The notes beneath the pieces are model-generated. The model was given only the letters and a program-made list of their open reading frames with translations, made no database searches and was not told where the DNA came from. From a virus, in IMG/VR virus record IMGVR_UViG_3300035698_010625, positions 41,619 through 105,618 of that record: a DNA stretch of 64,000 bases; one strand, given 5' to 3'. A program made the position numbers and the translations under genes. Shown piece by piece: positions 33,673 to 44,027 of the stretch. How positions within the stretch are numbered: position 1 is the stretch's first letter; every line of letters begins with the position of its first letter.

Positions 33673-35016
33673 ATGCAAACAGCAACGGTATCGAGAGTAT
33701 TACTATCAAAGGATCCAGTTAGTTACTTTCAAGCACACGGGTATGAAGTAAAGAAGATATCCAGTAAAAGAATTGCACTTGTTACTAAGGAAGATCGCAT
33801 AGAATTCCTTACTAAACTTGCAAAAACCTTAAAGGGTAAATACGACCCAAAGTTTAAAGGTTCTTCTACTGGTGCAGTGGAGTTTAAAACAGGATTAGTT
33901 GTCCTTGCAAAACCAGCGGAACTTGGTTCCCATGGTGGAAGTGCTGCTCAAACTAAATTAGCGGAATCGGCCCAGTGTGTATATGCTGCTGCAACGTTTA
34001 GTAAGACAGGTTACACTAAGGACGAATTAAGACAAGCTAACAGTAGACACTGCAAAACAGATGAGAGCATACGAAATATACTTGCTAATCTTCCAGCAGA
34101 ATGGGAGGATTCTTCTATTATGATCGGTGAAAGATTGTATAAAGAATATGGGAATACTAATAAGCAGTATGTTTTCCATAGAGGTTCAGCTTGGGTACAA
34201 CGTTTAGAAAAGCATTGGTTGAAGTTAAACAGAATTGAACGTAAATTCTCAAACATTAACAAATGGAGTCCAGCAGATATTTACATGGTATCTCCGGAAG
34301 GCGCTGCACTGAAGTTTGCTAAGACAACGAATCTTTATGAGTTGAATGCATTATTGAAAGATGCTTTGGAGAGTAGGGATATCATAGGCGTTTCGCTAAA
34401 GAAGGTCCTCAAAAATCCCACGCTAAAGTATCTGAACACTGATGATAGCAAAATGCCGGCGTATAAGTTTGAAGGTTACTCTTTAGGCAAAAGAGGATTA
34501 TTTATGTCTAAGGATGTTTACACTAAGTTCAATGGAGGATCTGCAGCACGCACATCTGGAACAGGAAAAGAAAATACATTCTTTACATCTAAAAATGTAT
34601 ATGTGAAATTTGAGGGAGGACAGATTCAGTTCAGAACTTTCCCTACGTGGCAAGGAGAAATTAAAGGCAGAAATGCTAATATGGGAAAAATCTCTGGTGG
34701 CCCAATTGGTGATGTATTCATGAACAATGTCAAAATAGAATTAACTAAACAACGAGAATTGAAAGCTGGTATAACGAAACATCATCTTGAGTTATTCTGG
34801 AAATACTATGACTACTTAGAATCAGGTGAAGTAAAGTCAGAGTTCATTCAGAAGCTAGGTGAACAAGAGTTATCTTGGTTTGAATCAAAGTTTCTTGGCG
34901 TAGAAGTAATCTATCATATGGTACATTCTAAAAGAGCCGATGATATCATATCTGGAATTTTAGGGTATGCCTCATCACAGTCTGAAATGTCAGCCCCATA
35001 CATTAAGGTAAGTTAA
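33673..35016 (+). CDS. Late protein with PD-(D/E)xK-like nuclease motif
   Basis: T.LAES...KWSPADIY...GVSLKK pattern. Confidence 0.55.
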   Translation: MQTATVSRVLLSKDPVSYFQAHGYEVKKISSKRIALVTKEDRIEFLTKLAKTLKGKYDPKFKGSSTGAVEFKTGLVVLAKPAELGSHGGSAAQTKLAESAQCVYAAATFSKTGYTKDELRQANSRHCKTDESIRNILANLPAEWEDSSIMIGERLYKEYGNTNKQYVFHRGSAWVQRLEKHWLKLNRIERKFSNINKWSPADIYMVSPEGAALKFAKTTNLYELNALLKDALESRDIIGVSLKKVLKNPTLKYLNTDDSKMPAYKFEGYSLGKRGLFMSKDVYTKFNGGSAARTSGTGKENTFFTSKNVYVKFEGGQIQFRTFPTWQGEIKGRNANMGKISGGPIGDVFMNNVKIELTKQRELKAGITKHHLELFWKYYDYLESGEVKSEFIQKLGEQELSWFESKFLGVEVIYHMVHSKRADDIISGILGYASSQSEMSAPYIKVS

Positions 35017-35423
35017 ATGAAATCATTCAAATCATATATTACAGAATCAACAAATCCGCACTATAAAGTTGGTAAAATCACTAAACGGTACATTTATCTT
35101 TAACAGGTTATGAGAAGGATACTAAAAAGAAAGTGTCTGGATCAGTTGATATAGCATCTCCAATTTGGAAAAAACGCCAATTACGTCCAGGAGATTATAT
35201 CGCGGATTTTCCTGGTGGAGTATTTTGGAGAAGCTCTAAATCTTCAACAGCATTTGCTTTTCAATTTAACGACCCAGGACATAGAGCAGATCCATATGCT
35301 GAAAAGAGAAATGGCCCTAAATCTGATGATGTAAGGAAAGCTTTGGAAATGATGTTGAAGAATTATTCTCTTCTCAATGATCCAGATGCATCTGTTAAGT
35401 TTAACATCAAAAAGGTAAGTTAA
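35017..35423 (+). CDS. Putative internal head protein, frameshifted at TTT 35099-35101
   Basis: MKSFKSYITE leader frame joins the 35133 ORF by a -1 shift. Confidence 0.5.
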
Positions 35424-35438
35424 TCGAAAGGATATATT

Positions 35439-36644
35439 ATGAAAACTGATAATGATCATATTGAACACCTAGAAGATGGTGTCTTTACAGAAGGTGAGAA
35501 AGGAATTGAGAGAGCTTTCAATTATTTAGAAGATGTTAAACATATTTTAACTGGGTTCACAACAGATACAAATATCACAACAAAATGGGATGGGTCCCCG
35601 GCAATCTTTGTCGGGATTGACCCTACTGATAATAAGTATTTTGTTGCTAAGAAGAGTGTCTTTAATGTAAATCCAGTTATGTATAAATGCATAGATGACA
35701 TTGCATTTGATGATAAACTTTGTGATGAATTGAAAGAAGTTCTTGAACTTTGCTTTGTGAATTTTCAATCTTTTGGAATTACACATGGTATCTATCAGGG
35801 TGATTTACTTTTTACTTTAAAGCATCTCCACCTCGAAGCAATCCATAATGTCTCATACCTAACTTTCCAGCCAAACACTATTGTTTACGCGTATGAAATT
35901 GATAGCGATCTATCAAGTACTGCGGATATTGGTGTTGTGTGGCATACACAGTATCATGGTGATTCATTACACAAAATGGTAGCAGAATATCGAACACCAA
36001 TAACTCCATTCTTCAAAAAAGATGAAAGTGTTTATATGTTCGATGCATCTTGGGGTAAAAACATAAAAACAGCTTGTACTGTTAGTGATATTATTAGAAT
36101 GAGTCAAGCTATAGGTGATGTGACCGTTATTTCACGTGACTTCTTTAAGAGTATAACACTTAATGAAAATATAGCACACCCAATTCCAAACAATAAAGAA
36201 TTGATGAATTTAGTAAAAATCTATATCAATAAAAGGATTCGCGAAGGAATTGACAATTTCACTACATATGGATTTTTAGAATTCATTGATGTTAGATATA
36301 GTGCAGAAATTCTTAAGCGTAAATCAAAAAAAGGTAAACATACCCAACTTGAGAAAAAAGAAGAATTGTTAGCGATTGTGCTTCGTTATTTACACGATTT
36401 TTCTTTAGCATTTCAATTGCACAATGCTATCACTTTTGCGAAAGAAGTACAAATAGATCTTCTAGATATTAGTGATAACCATCCAAAAATGTTCCTTAAA
36501 ACAAAAGATGGGTATATTAGCACTACACCAGAAGGTTATGTACTATCAGATAATAATGAGCATCAAGCTCCATGCAAAATGATTAACCGTCGTAAATTCA
36601 GTCACGCTAATTTCAGTGGTGACTATATTAAAGGTTGGTCTTAA
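35439..36644 (+). CDS. Conserved T4-like protein with ligase-type KxDG motif
   Basis: HIEHLED, TKWDGSPAIF, YQGDLLF, PEGYV, K...R..FS..NF. Confidence 0.7.
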   Translation: MKTDNDHIEHLEDGVFTEGEKGIERAFNYLEDVKHILTGFTTDTNITTKWDGSPAIFVGIDPTDNKYFVAKKSVFNVNPVMYKCIDDIAFDDKLCDELKEVLELCFVNFQSFGITHGIYQGDLLFTLKHLHLEAIHNVSYLTFQPNTIVYAYEIDSDLSSTADIGVVWHTQYHGDSLHKMVAEYRTPITPFFKKDESVYMFDASWGKNIKTACTVSDIIRMSQAIGDVTVISRDFFKSITLNENIAHPIPNNKELMNLVKIYINKRIREGIDNFTTYGFLEFIDVRYSAEILKRKSKKGKHTQLEKKEELLAIVLRYLHDFSLAFQLHNAITFAKEVQIDLLDISDNHPKMFLKTKDGYISTTPEGYVLSDNNEHQAPCKMINRRKFSHANFSGDYIKGWS

Positions 36645-37006
36645 GTAATAACCATATCTAGTAAAGCTTGAGGAGCAAGACTTTTCGAATCTAAGTAGCT
36701 AACAGCACTTGTAAATGTTACACTGTTAGCTGCTGATTTGTAATCCGCCATTGTGTATAAAAGTGCAACGAATCTCTTTATACCTACATCATTACTTTCT
36801 AACACTGCATCTAATTCAGAGTCAGTAAATGCTTTTCGTATATCACGAGAAGAATAAGTAATTAATGGATTCACCAATGCTGGAATTGATTCATCAACCC
36901 TTAAGATAAAAGTGTTAGACTGCAACCTAACACCATTACTCATTGAAGACACTTTAACTTTACTGTGAAGATTAGGGTCAAAACTTTCTTCTGTTATTGT
37001 AGTCAT
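36641..37006 (-). CDS. Hypothetical protein (possible tail-fibre chaperone)
   Basis: Downstream of a fibre-like gene on the minus strand. Confidence 0.5.
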   Translation of the reverse strand: MTTITEESFDPNLHSKVKVSSMSNGVRLQSNTFILRVDESIPALVNPLITYSSRDIRKAFTDSELDAVLESNDVGIKRFVALLYTMADYKSAANSVTFTSAVSYLDSKSLAPQALLDMVIT

Positions 37007-37876
37007 TAAACAATCCTCGGTATAGCATAGAGTGTAGCAGATCCAGATGTAAAAGTACCAGAATCACGCAATAATTTAATAGCACCAATTTCACCAGGTG
37101 GTACCCATCCCGTGACAATCGCCATTCCATGAGAACTAGAACTTCGTAGATAACGCGTACGACCAAAATAACTACCTAATGAACCAGTTGGATCTCTTAT
37201 GAAATCCACTTACTGGATTTCCCAATAAATCAGCAGACATATTGAACATATAAGCTCTGGTTTGTGCAAAGCTTGAACCCTGTGCATATGAAGGAGTGCT
37301 ACCATATAATTCTAATGCAAGTGTTCCATAACCAGTTGTAGCAAAAGTTGGAGAAGCACCAGTACTTGTAGATGTTCTAAATGATGTATAAGAATTAGTA
37401 TCTGGATTATAATTAACCGTTGCTCTGAAATCACAATCAGTAGGTAATCCTTCCCATTGTACACTAGACATTCCAGCAAGATTCATTACATCAATGACAT
37501 ACATACTTCTTGAAGTATTGATAGTTCCATCGTGATTAATGTCAAGAGCAGTTGCTATAAGTGTTGTTTCATCATCCGCATAAGACCTTATCTTTAAAGA
37601 CCCTTCTTCAACATTAATCTTCCAAACTTGAGCATCTGCTGTGTTATTAGCTTGCTCCAAAATAATATTAGGCGTACTACCTCGAATGCTTATTGTGTTT
37701 GATACTGACACACCATTCGCTGTTAAGCTATTCATTACAGCAACGTTAGCAGTAACTGATTCAATGACACTGACGTTGGCAGTTAATAAATTTCGAATAA
37801 TAGCATTGTTTGCATTCAGTGATTCAAAATTAAGATCGCCTGTTACTGTTAAAGCGTCATCTATGGTAAATCCCAT
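37006..37876 (-). CDS. Tail-fibre-like protein, frameshifted near 37203
   Basis: LTAN/VTAN beta repeats; C-terminal AIKLLRDSGTFTSGSATLY; two ORFs join. Confidence 0.5.
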
Positions 37877-37891
37877 GTAGTGTCTCTCTTT

Positions 37892-37899
37892 TATAAATA
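37892..37899 (+). promoter_or_regulatory. T4-type late promoter
   Basis: TATAAATA before the ORF at 37928. Confidence 0.7.
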
Positions 37900-37927
37900 G
37901 ATAAGTATTAGGTAGAAGGTCTTCAAT

Positions 37928-39211
37928 ATGTCGAAAAATGTAGTTTTTAGTTGGGGAAGAATGAATCCACCGACGCTTGGTCATCGAAAATTAGTAGATG
38001 TCCTTAATAAGCAAGCGTCTGTGCGTAATGCAGAAGCTCATATCTATTTATCTCACACCCAAGATAAGAAAACAAATCCTTTTGATTATTTAACAAAAAT
38101 CAGATTAGCACAATCAGCTTTTGGTGATATCGTTAAACGTTCTGGTGCTAAGACAATCATTCAAGTTCTTAAGCAGTTAGAATCAAAAGGATTTGAAGAA
38201 GTAACACTTGTTGTTGGAGCTGATAGAAAATCTGAGTTCGATATTCTAGTGAATAAATACAATGGCAAGGATTTTAAGTTTAAAAAAGTTGAGGTCACTT
38301 CCCAAGGATTAAGCAGAGATCCAGATTCTGATAGTATTGATGGAATGTCTGCTTCGAAAGTTAGACAATTAGCAGTTGATGGAGAACGAGAAGAATTCGA
38401 TGTAGCCTTACCACCAGGCTTGAGTTCAGCTGAAGCTTCAAAGATTTATAACACTATTAGAAAAGTTATCGGTAAAACTCCACGTAAACGCGTAAGAACA
38501 AGAGTACCTAAAGATCCTACTTCAAATGCTACTGATATAAGAAAAACCAATGCTAAGCAAGCCAGTCCCGGCATTTCAAAACAAGAAAAAGATAAACTGT
38601 ATAAGGGTGGTTTGTTTGACCATTATACTAGAGAGGAGCAAGACACAATGAACGAAGATCTAGATTTTGGTGATTTCGTTGTTACTGAACAGGAAATTGA
38701 CATTTACGTTGAGATGTTCGACGCATATGAAAATGATGAATATCTACAAGAAAGAGTTGTTACATTAGCCCAGCGTAGAAAGATGGGTCGAACAATGAAA
38801 CGCCTTGCTCCTAAGATGGCACGCCGTCGAGCTATTCAATCGAAGAAAATGGCAGATCGTGGTCGCCTTGCCAAACGTGCATCTAAAGCAGCTACTAGCC
38901 TTCTGAGAAAGAAGTTCGCTGGTAAGCATGGTGCTAATTATGGTAAACTATCTCCATCTCAGAAAATCTCTGTAGATAAGATGATTGATAAGAAACGCCA
39001 TATGGTTAGTAAGCTTGCTAAGAGAATGCTTCCTAAAGTTACTAAGAAAGAAGTACAACGTCTTCGTAATTCACGTAAGCCAAAGAATGAAAGCTATGAT
39101 GCCAAAGGTGGTAATGGTGCTGGCGAAGTAGGAACAGACGAACTCCGTAAGCACTACGAGAAAGGTACACCTGGGCAGAATGGTAAAAAGAGAGCATCAG
39201 AAAATGGGTAG
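37928..39211 (+). CDS. HIGH-family nucleotidyltransferase (cytidyltransferase-like) with basic C-terminal extension
   Basis: GRMNPPTLGH, VVGADR, GMSASKVR. Confidence 0.85.
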   Translation: MSKNVVFSWGRMNPPTLGHRKLVDVLNKQASVRNAEAHIYLSHTQDKKTNPFDYLTKIRLAQSAFGDIVKRSGAKTIIQVLKQLESKGFEEVTLVVGADRKSEFDILVNKYNGKDFKFKKVEVTSQGLSRDPDSDSIDGMSASKVRQLAVDGEREEFDVALPPGLSSAEASKIYNTIRKVIGKTPRKRVRTRVPKDPTSNATDIRKTNAKQASPGISKQEKDKLYKGGLFDHYTREEQDTMNEDLDFGDFVVTEQEIDIYVEMFDAYENDEYLQERVVTLAQRRKMGRTMKRLAPKMARRRAIQSKKMADRGRLAKRASKAATSLLRKKFAGKHGANYGKLSPSQKISVDKMIDKKRHMVSKLAKRMLPKVTKKEVQRLRNSRKPKNESYDAKGGNGAGEVGTDELRKHYEKGTPGQNGKKRASENG

Positions 39212-40265
39212 ATCAATCCAAGAAAGTATTCGAATTGCAGCAGTAGATTCGTTTAACTTAAAGAATATTAATGAACTCGAGAATGAGTTAGCAAAGTGTA
39301 CTACTGCTTTAAAAGAATCTACTAATGAAGCGTCATCTGCTCTTCTTGGTCATCGTATTACAAATATTAACCAACAGCTTCGTCATTTCAAGTCACAAGT
39401 AGAAGGCTTTGAAAAGAAAGAAAAAGATGATGGAGAATCTGATGATGGATCGAAGAAGAAAAAGAACCCATTCGCTAAAGACGATGGCGAAGAAAAGACT
39501 GATAAGAAGGCGAACCCTTTTGCTAAAAAGACTGATTCTGGGGATAGCGGATCTTGCGACGATGAGGATGACAGTAGCGTAGATGATGATGAAGATGATG
39601 GAGATAAAGACGGTGATGGTGATCGCGACGATAAAATAGATGATCCTGATGGAGATAATGGTCAAGAAGAGCCTGATGATGAAACTCCAGAAGATCGTGA
39701 AGATTTAGAAAACAAGAGTCCTTCTCGCGTTAAAAATAAGAGAAAGGGTTTGCATGATGTTGATGTAAACGAAAGTAAATTTTGGGGAACATTCAAAGAC
39801 GCTTGGATAACCGAAGCAGAGTCTGAGGAAGAATCTAATAAGAAGGATAAGAAACCTAATCCTTTTGCTAAGAAAGGCGCCGAGGATGGTGATGGCGATG
39901 ATAGCAAAGATGGTGGTGAAGAAATTAAGAAAAAGAAGAAAGACCCATACGATGATAAGGAGCCTGATCCCAAGAAGGATGATATAAAAATGGATCCGGA
40001 GAATACTCCTCAATATAGTGTTGAGAGTGTTGGAATTCCTAAAGGCGCTACACCTGAGCAAACAAAACACATTAAAGCATTCCTTAGTAGTATTGAAGGC
40101 AAAGGTGTAAAAGACTCGTCTGTAACATCTGGTATAAATGCTATTATGAAAAATATTAACGAGCAAAAGGTGAGTAATGTTTTTGCTCGTTATAAATACT
40201 TCAAAGAACAATATGGAACACGAGCAGACGAAGTACTATCTGCTACAATTAAACTAATCAAATAA
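39204..40265 (+). CDS. Acidic/Lys-rich low-complexity late protein
   Basis: D/E/K tracts, three NPFAK repeats. Confidence 0.75.
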   Translation: MGRSIQESIRIAAVDSFNLKNINELENELAKCTTALKESTNEASSALLGHRITNINQQLRHFKSQVEGFEKKEKDDGESDDGSKKKKNPFAKDDGEEKTDKKANPFAKKTDSGDSGSCDDEDDSSVDDDEDDGDKDGDGDRDDKIDDPDGDNGQEEPDDETPEDREDLENKSPSRVKNKRKGLHDVDVNESKFWGTFKDAWITEAESEEESNKKDKKPNPFAKKGAEDGDGDDSKDGGEEIKKKKKDPYDDKEPDPKKDDIKMDPENTPQYSVESVGIPKGATPEQTKHIKAFLSSIEGKGVKDSSVTSGINAIMKNINEQKVSNVFARYKYFKEQYGTRADEVLSATIKLIK

Positions 40266-40312
40266 ACTATATCATGCCGAGTAGACATTGTCGAAAAGAG
40301 AGGTAATCTAAT

Positions 40313-41041
40313 ATGTCAAAATGGAATTGGAATCACGAAAAGAACATTGATCCTGCATCAGCAAATACGCTAGCAGGTTATTATTCGGGTGCTGCACCTA
40401 TGTTCGAAGCAGACTCATTAGTTTCTAAGAGAAACGTAATCGCAACAGATAAAGGCTGGATCCGCCGTTTGCAGTTTACAGATTCGTCTGGTAACCTGCG
40501 TACAAAGGATGATGTCCTAGTCGCTGCTCACCCAGGCTTAGATGTCCAAGGTGGATATACTAACACAGCATATCTTGCTTCACCAGATATCACAATCATG
40601 CAGCTTCAAGCTAACACTGCTACAGGTGTAGGAGCCTTCTCCAACACAACACCAATGACAGTATGGGTGTCGTTCAATGAGCCAGTATACAGCACAGCTA
40701 ATGTAACAATCACTATTGAAAGTCGGGATGGTGCAACTACATTCCCACTACTATCCAACACAACGAATGCTGTGGGTTCTTCTGCTAAGATCCTTTCTCC
40801 AGGTGCTAATAACACTTTAGTATTCACCGGAACTCCAGATCTAAATGGTGGAGCAACTAATCCTAAAGCAGGTATCTATAAAGTTAAACCACAGACAATT
40901 GCTGTGACAGCTTCGGGTACACTTACTAGTCGTAATATTGGTACTGTTACTGCTAACACTGAAGTACGTGCTTCACTTGCGAACTTCATGATGACTGTTG
41001 ATGGAGCTATTCTTGCGAATGGCGAATTCACGCTTGTCTGA
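40313..41041 (+). CDS. Putative virion structural protein
   Basis: RNVIATDKGWIRR motif; Thr/Asn-rich Ig-like C-terminus. Confidence 0.6.
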   Translation: MSKWNWNHEKNIDPASANTLAGYYSGAAPMFEADSLVSKRNVIATDKGWIRRLQFTDSSGNLRTKDDVLVAAHPGLDVQGGYTNTAYLASPDITIMQLQANTATGVGAFSNTTPMTVWVSFNEPVYSTANVTITIESRDGATTFPLLSNTTNAVGSSAKILSPGANNTLVFTGTPDLNGGATNPKAGIYKVKPQTIAVTASGTLTSRNIGTVTANTEVRASLANFMMTVDGAILANGEFTLV

Positions 41042-41056
41042 TCAGAGGAATAAGTA

Positions 41057-41407
41057 ATGGCAGATCTACCAATTTCAGATATGCCTAGTGTAAGCGTCTA
41101 CAGCAATAGCGATATTGTTCTTGTTGTAGACGTTAGCGCTAATACTACGAAGCAAGACAGCCTCCAGAATTTCTTTGGTAATGTCCCGGCTTTTGTTAGT
41201 GTTGGAGGTGGTTTAACAGTAGCAGGTAACACTGTTGTTAACCAATCAATTACACTTGGTGGCGGTTTAACAACTATCGGCTCTAATAATGCTACAACTC
41301 AATTTGGTGCAGGTAAGGAAGGCACAATTGCGTGGGATACAAACTATCTTTACGTTGCTGTTTCCAATACCGAAATCAAAAGAGTAGCGCTGACAGTATT
41401 TTCATAA
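41057..41407 (+). CDS. Putative virion structural protein
   Basis: MADLPISDMP...G.EGTIAWDTNYLYVAV...KRVAL. Confidence 0.6.
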   Translation: MADLPISDMPSVSVYSNSDIVLVVDVSANTTKQDSLQNFFGNVPAFVSVGGGLTVAGNTVVNQSITLGGGLTTIGSNNATTQFGAGKEGTIAWDTNYLYVAVSNTEIKRVALTVFS

Positions 41408-41420
41408 CAAGTGAGATTAT

Positions 41421-41813
41421 ATGTTTGACACTCTTGATGATACCAATTTTGACTTATATGCTGCAAAATATTACGACAACCCAAGCAATGCTGGAGAACG
41501 AGAATTCGAAGATGATCTTAGTAAGATACGTTATCTGAAAAGACTCTTCGCTCGTTACAAAGAACGAGATGAATTAAATGAAAGGTTGATACTTAATCAC
41601 CTGACTATTCTTTATAATGTGTTCGAAGCAGAAGCTTGTACAAGGATGCTTGCTTACAGATTAAAAGAGTTTCTGCCTTGTTTAAAGCCGTTTCTCATAT
41701 ATCTTTCATATTGGCCAGATACGATAAAACCAATTGGTATACATAAAGAGGTTGTTGATTGTACTGGCATTTCAATTGATGATTTTGTAATACATAAACT
41801 TAGGAAACTATAA
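41421..41813 (+). CDS. Conserved T4-like hypothetical protein
   Basis: NF.LYAAKYYDNP...EF.DDL...ERLILNH. Confidence 0.8.
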   Translation: MFDTLDDTNFDLYAAKYYDNPSNAGEREFEDDLSKIRYLKRLFARYKERDELNERLILNHLTILYNVFEAEACTRMLAYRLKEFLPCLKPFLIYLSYWPDTIKPIGIHKEVVDCTGISIDDFVIHKLRKL

Positions 41814-42097
41814 TGAAAACATTAAAAGAAGCAATTGCAAAAGCTGCTGCAGATAGATTTGCAGAAGCTGTATCACGCGAATTGCTAGAAGGTACTCGTT
41901 CACAAACAACTTCACGTAAGTTAAATCGCGCACAAGCAAAAGCAAAAGTAGACCCAAAAGATGAGCAGATCATGATTACTAAAGATAGTAAACACATGAC
42001 TATCAAAAAATCTGCTCTAGATAATTATGAAGCTGATGGTTGGAAATTTGCTAAAAGTAGTACTCAAACATGGTCAAAATCCAAAGAAAAACGGTAA
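41813..42097 (+). CDS. Hypothetical late protein
   Basis: MKTLKE leader; tightly packed ORF. Confidence 0.55.
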   Translation: MKTLKEAIAKAAADRFAEAVSRELLEGTRSQTTSRKLNRAQAKAKVDPKDEQIMITKDSKHMTIKKSALDNYEADGWKFAKSSTQTWSKSKEKR

Positions 42098-42106
42098 AAT
42101 AAGCTA

Positions 42107-42970
42107 ATGGGCGATCCAGTAAATTTGTTTGTACTCTATAAAATCATTCGAGAATTGAGTACACCATTTAGTGAGACAAAAGCTTTCGAGTTAGGTCTCA
42201 TTGATGATAACGGTAAGCTCCTTAAAAAACCTTCTACTAAAAAGGAAAAGGCGGCGTACACCTACTTCTTTCGTTTCATTTTCAACCTTAAGCGTATGCT
42301 TGGTGAAGTAGGATTAAAGAGTAAATTTGCTACATTCGCTGCAGCACTCTTTCTCCTTAAAGAAGATACCGATAAGAACTATAGTGATAAAGAATTACTG
42401 GAATGCATATACCGCGAAATGACTTTTCTTGGTGATCACATGCACATCATGGAGGATGCTCCTGCTAATGTTACTGGTGCATCTACTCTTGGTTCTGCTA
42501 CTCCAGATTGGCGAAGTAAAAAGTCTAGAGGGAGACCTAAAGCAATGGGTAAGAGTATAGATGGCGTACGGTATATCATGCGTGGTAACCGAAGAGTCAA
42601 GAGAAGTATGGAAGAAGGTGTCTTAGATGATATCAAGAATGCTGTAAAGAAAAAGAAAAAACAGTACTTAGAATATCTGCCAGAATTAGATCGCTTTGAC
42701 ACTCTAACAGCTTTGCGTCATGCTTTAAGTGGTATGGGTATCAAGCTAGATATAGTTAGAATTATGGGTTGGGATAAGCGTGGTACAAGTATTAAAGTAA
42801 TAGCCGGTAGTGCTCGAAGTGGTGGCGATGATTTCGTATATAACACTCGCACTGGTAAAATCAAAGTAGCTGTCACTGAAGAAATTGATGATGGTACCTA
42901 TGATGCTTGGGGTTCTAAAGATCCTAGTAAAATAAAAAAGAGACGTCGGAAAAACAATGAAAACATTTAA
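42107..42970 (+). CDS. Conserved T4-like late protein
   Basis: TPF.ETKAFELGLIDDNGK...FNLKR...AAAL.LLKE...EDAPAN. Confidence 0.75.
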   Translation: MGDPVNLFVLYKIIRELSTPFSETKAFELGLIDDNGKLLKKPSTKKEKAAYTYFFRFIFNLKRMLGEVGLKSKFATFAAALFLLKEDTDKNYSDKELLECIYREMTFLGDHMHIMEDAPANVTGASTLGSATPDWRSKKSRGRPKAMGKSIDGVRYIMRGNRRVKRSMEEGVLDDIKNAVKKKKKQYLEYLPELDRFDTLTALRHALSGMGIKLDIVRIMGWDKRGTSIKVIAGSARSGGDDFVYNTRTGKIKVAVTEEIDDGTYDAWGSKDPSKIKKRRRKNNENI

Positions 42971-43150
42971 CAAATTTATAGCAGAAGCTAGAGACGCAAA
43001 AAGGGTTATGTTGATCCAGATGCTGACATGAGAGATGTTCCACTTCCATCTCAAGCGAACAAACCTAAGCCTAAATTATTTAAAGATCGTACAGCAACAA
43101 AAGGTAGTGATTTAGCAAAACGTCCAAAAAGATTAAATACTGGGAGATAA
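42957..43150 (+). CDS. Putative internal head protein, frameshifted at A5 42998-43002
   Basis: MKTFNKFIAE leader, close to the T4 IP leader MKTYQEFIAE. Confidence 0.5.
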
Positions 43151-43154
43151 AATT

Positions 43155-43604
43155 ATGTTTAAATTAAGTAAAAGAAGTTTGAGTAGACTTGAAGGTGTTG
43201 ATGAGCGTCTAGTAGAAGTTGTTAAAGATGCTATCAATTTAACCAAAGTTGATTTCGGTGTAACTGAAGGTTTACGGACTGTTGCACGACAGAAAGAACT
43301 TGTTGCTAAAGGCGCGAGTCAAACAATGCATTCAAAACATATCAAAGGACACGCTGTTGATTTAGTCGCGTATATTGGATCTCGCATTAGCTGGGAACTT
43401 GCGTTATATGATGACATTGCTGATGCTATGAAAGCAAGTGCAGGTGCCCATGGTGTTCAAATCAGATGGGGTGCAGCTTGGACTATTGAAAATATTGCTC
43501 TGTGGGAAGGTACAATGCAAGAAGCAATGGATAGTTATGTAAAAACACGTCGCGACGAAGGACGTAGACCTTTCATTGATGCCCCACACTTCGAACTACG
43601 TTAA
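43155..43604 (+). CDS. Endolysin, peptidase M15 (T5-type L-Ala-D-Glu peptidase)
   Basis: S.RSL.RL.GV, EGLRT..RQ, S.H..GHAVD, WG.AW, D.PHFEL. Confidence 0.92.
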   Translation: MFKLSKRSLSRLEGVDERLVEVVKDAINLTKVDFGVTEGLRTVARQKELVAKGASQTMHSKHIKGHAVDLVAYIGSRISWELALYDDIADAMKASAGAHGVQIRWGAAWTIENIALWEGTMQEAMDSYVKTRRDEGRRPFIDAPHFELR

Positions 43605-44027
43605 ATGAAAACTTTCAACCAACTTCATGAAGCATTTTCTAATCCTTACTCTTGGAAATGGACTAGTAAAGATGACGAACGGTGGATAGCAAATTTTCCT
43701 GAAGTGAAAGGCCAAGCAGAAGTGCATTTAATAGATAATGATCTTGTTGGTTATACATTCGAAATAGATGGTAGTATGGGTGTGACTGGTAAGGGTGATG
43801 GGTTTCGTATATTTGCTACAGCTATAGAAATTCTCGTAGATTATATAAGAAAAGAGAAACCAAAGCAGATTAATTTTTCTGCAGAAAAGTATAATTTTGC
43901 CGCAAAGAAGAAAACTAATAGAAATAGATTATATACACGGATGATAAAGAAATATGTACCAAAAGAATACAAATTGAATATGACAAATACTGAATACGAT
44001 ACAATATTTCATCTTAAAAGAAAATGA
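43605..44027 (+). CDS. Putative internal head protein (paralog of 44024)
   Basis: MKTFNQLHEAFSNPY...TG.GD.FRIFAT...R..LYTRM. Confidence 0.7.
   Translation: MKTFNQLHEAFSNPYSWKWTSKDDERWIANFPEVKGQAEVHLIDNDLVGYTFEIDGSMGVTGKGDGFRIFATAIEILVDYIRKEKPKQINFSAEKYNFAAKKKTNRNRLYTRMIKKYVPKEYKLNMTNTEYDTIFHLKRK

Noticed and set aside
35090-35110. Programmed RF2-like frameshift at CTT-TAA
   Set aside because: The continuation needs a -1 shift rather than +1, and the site fits the homopolymer-deletion pattern
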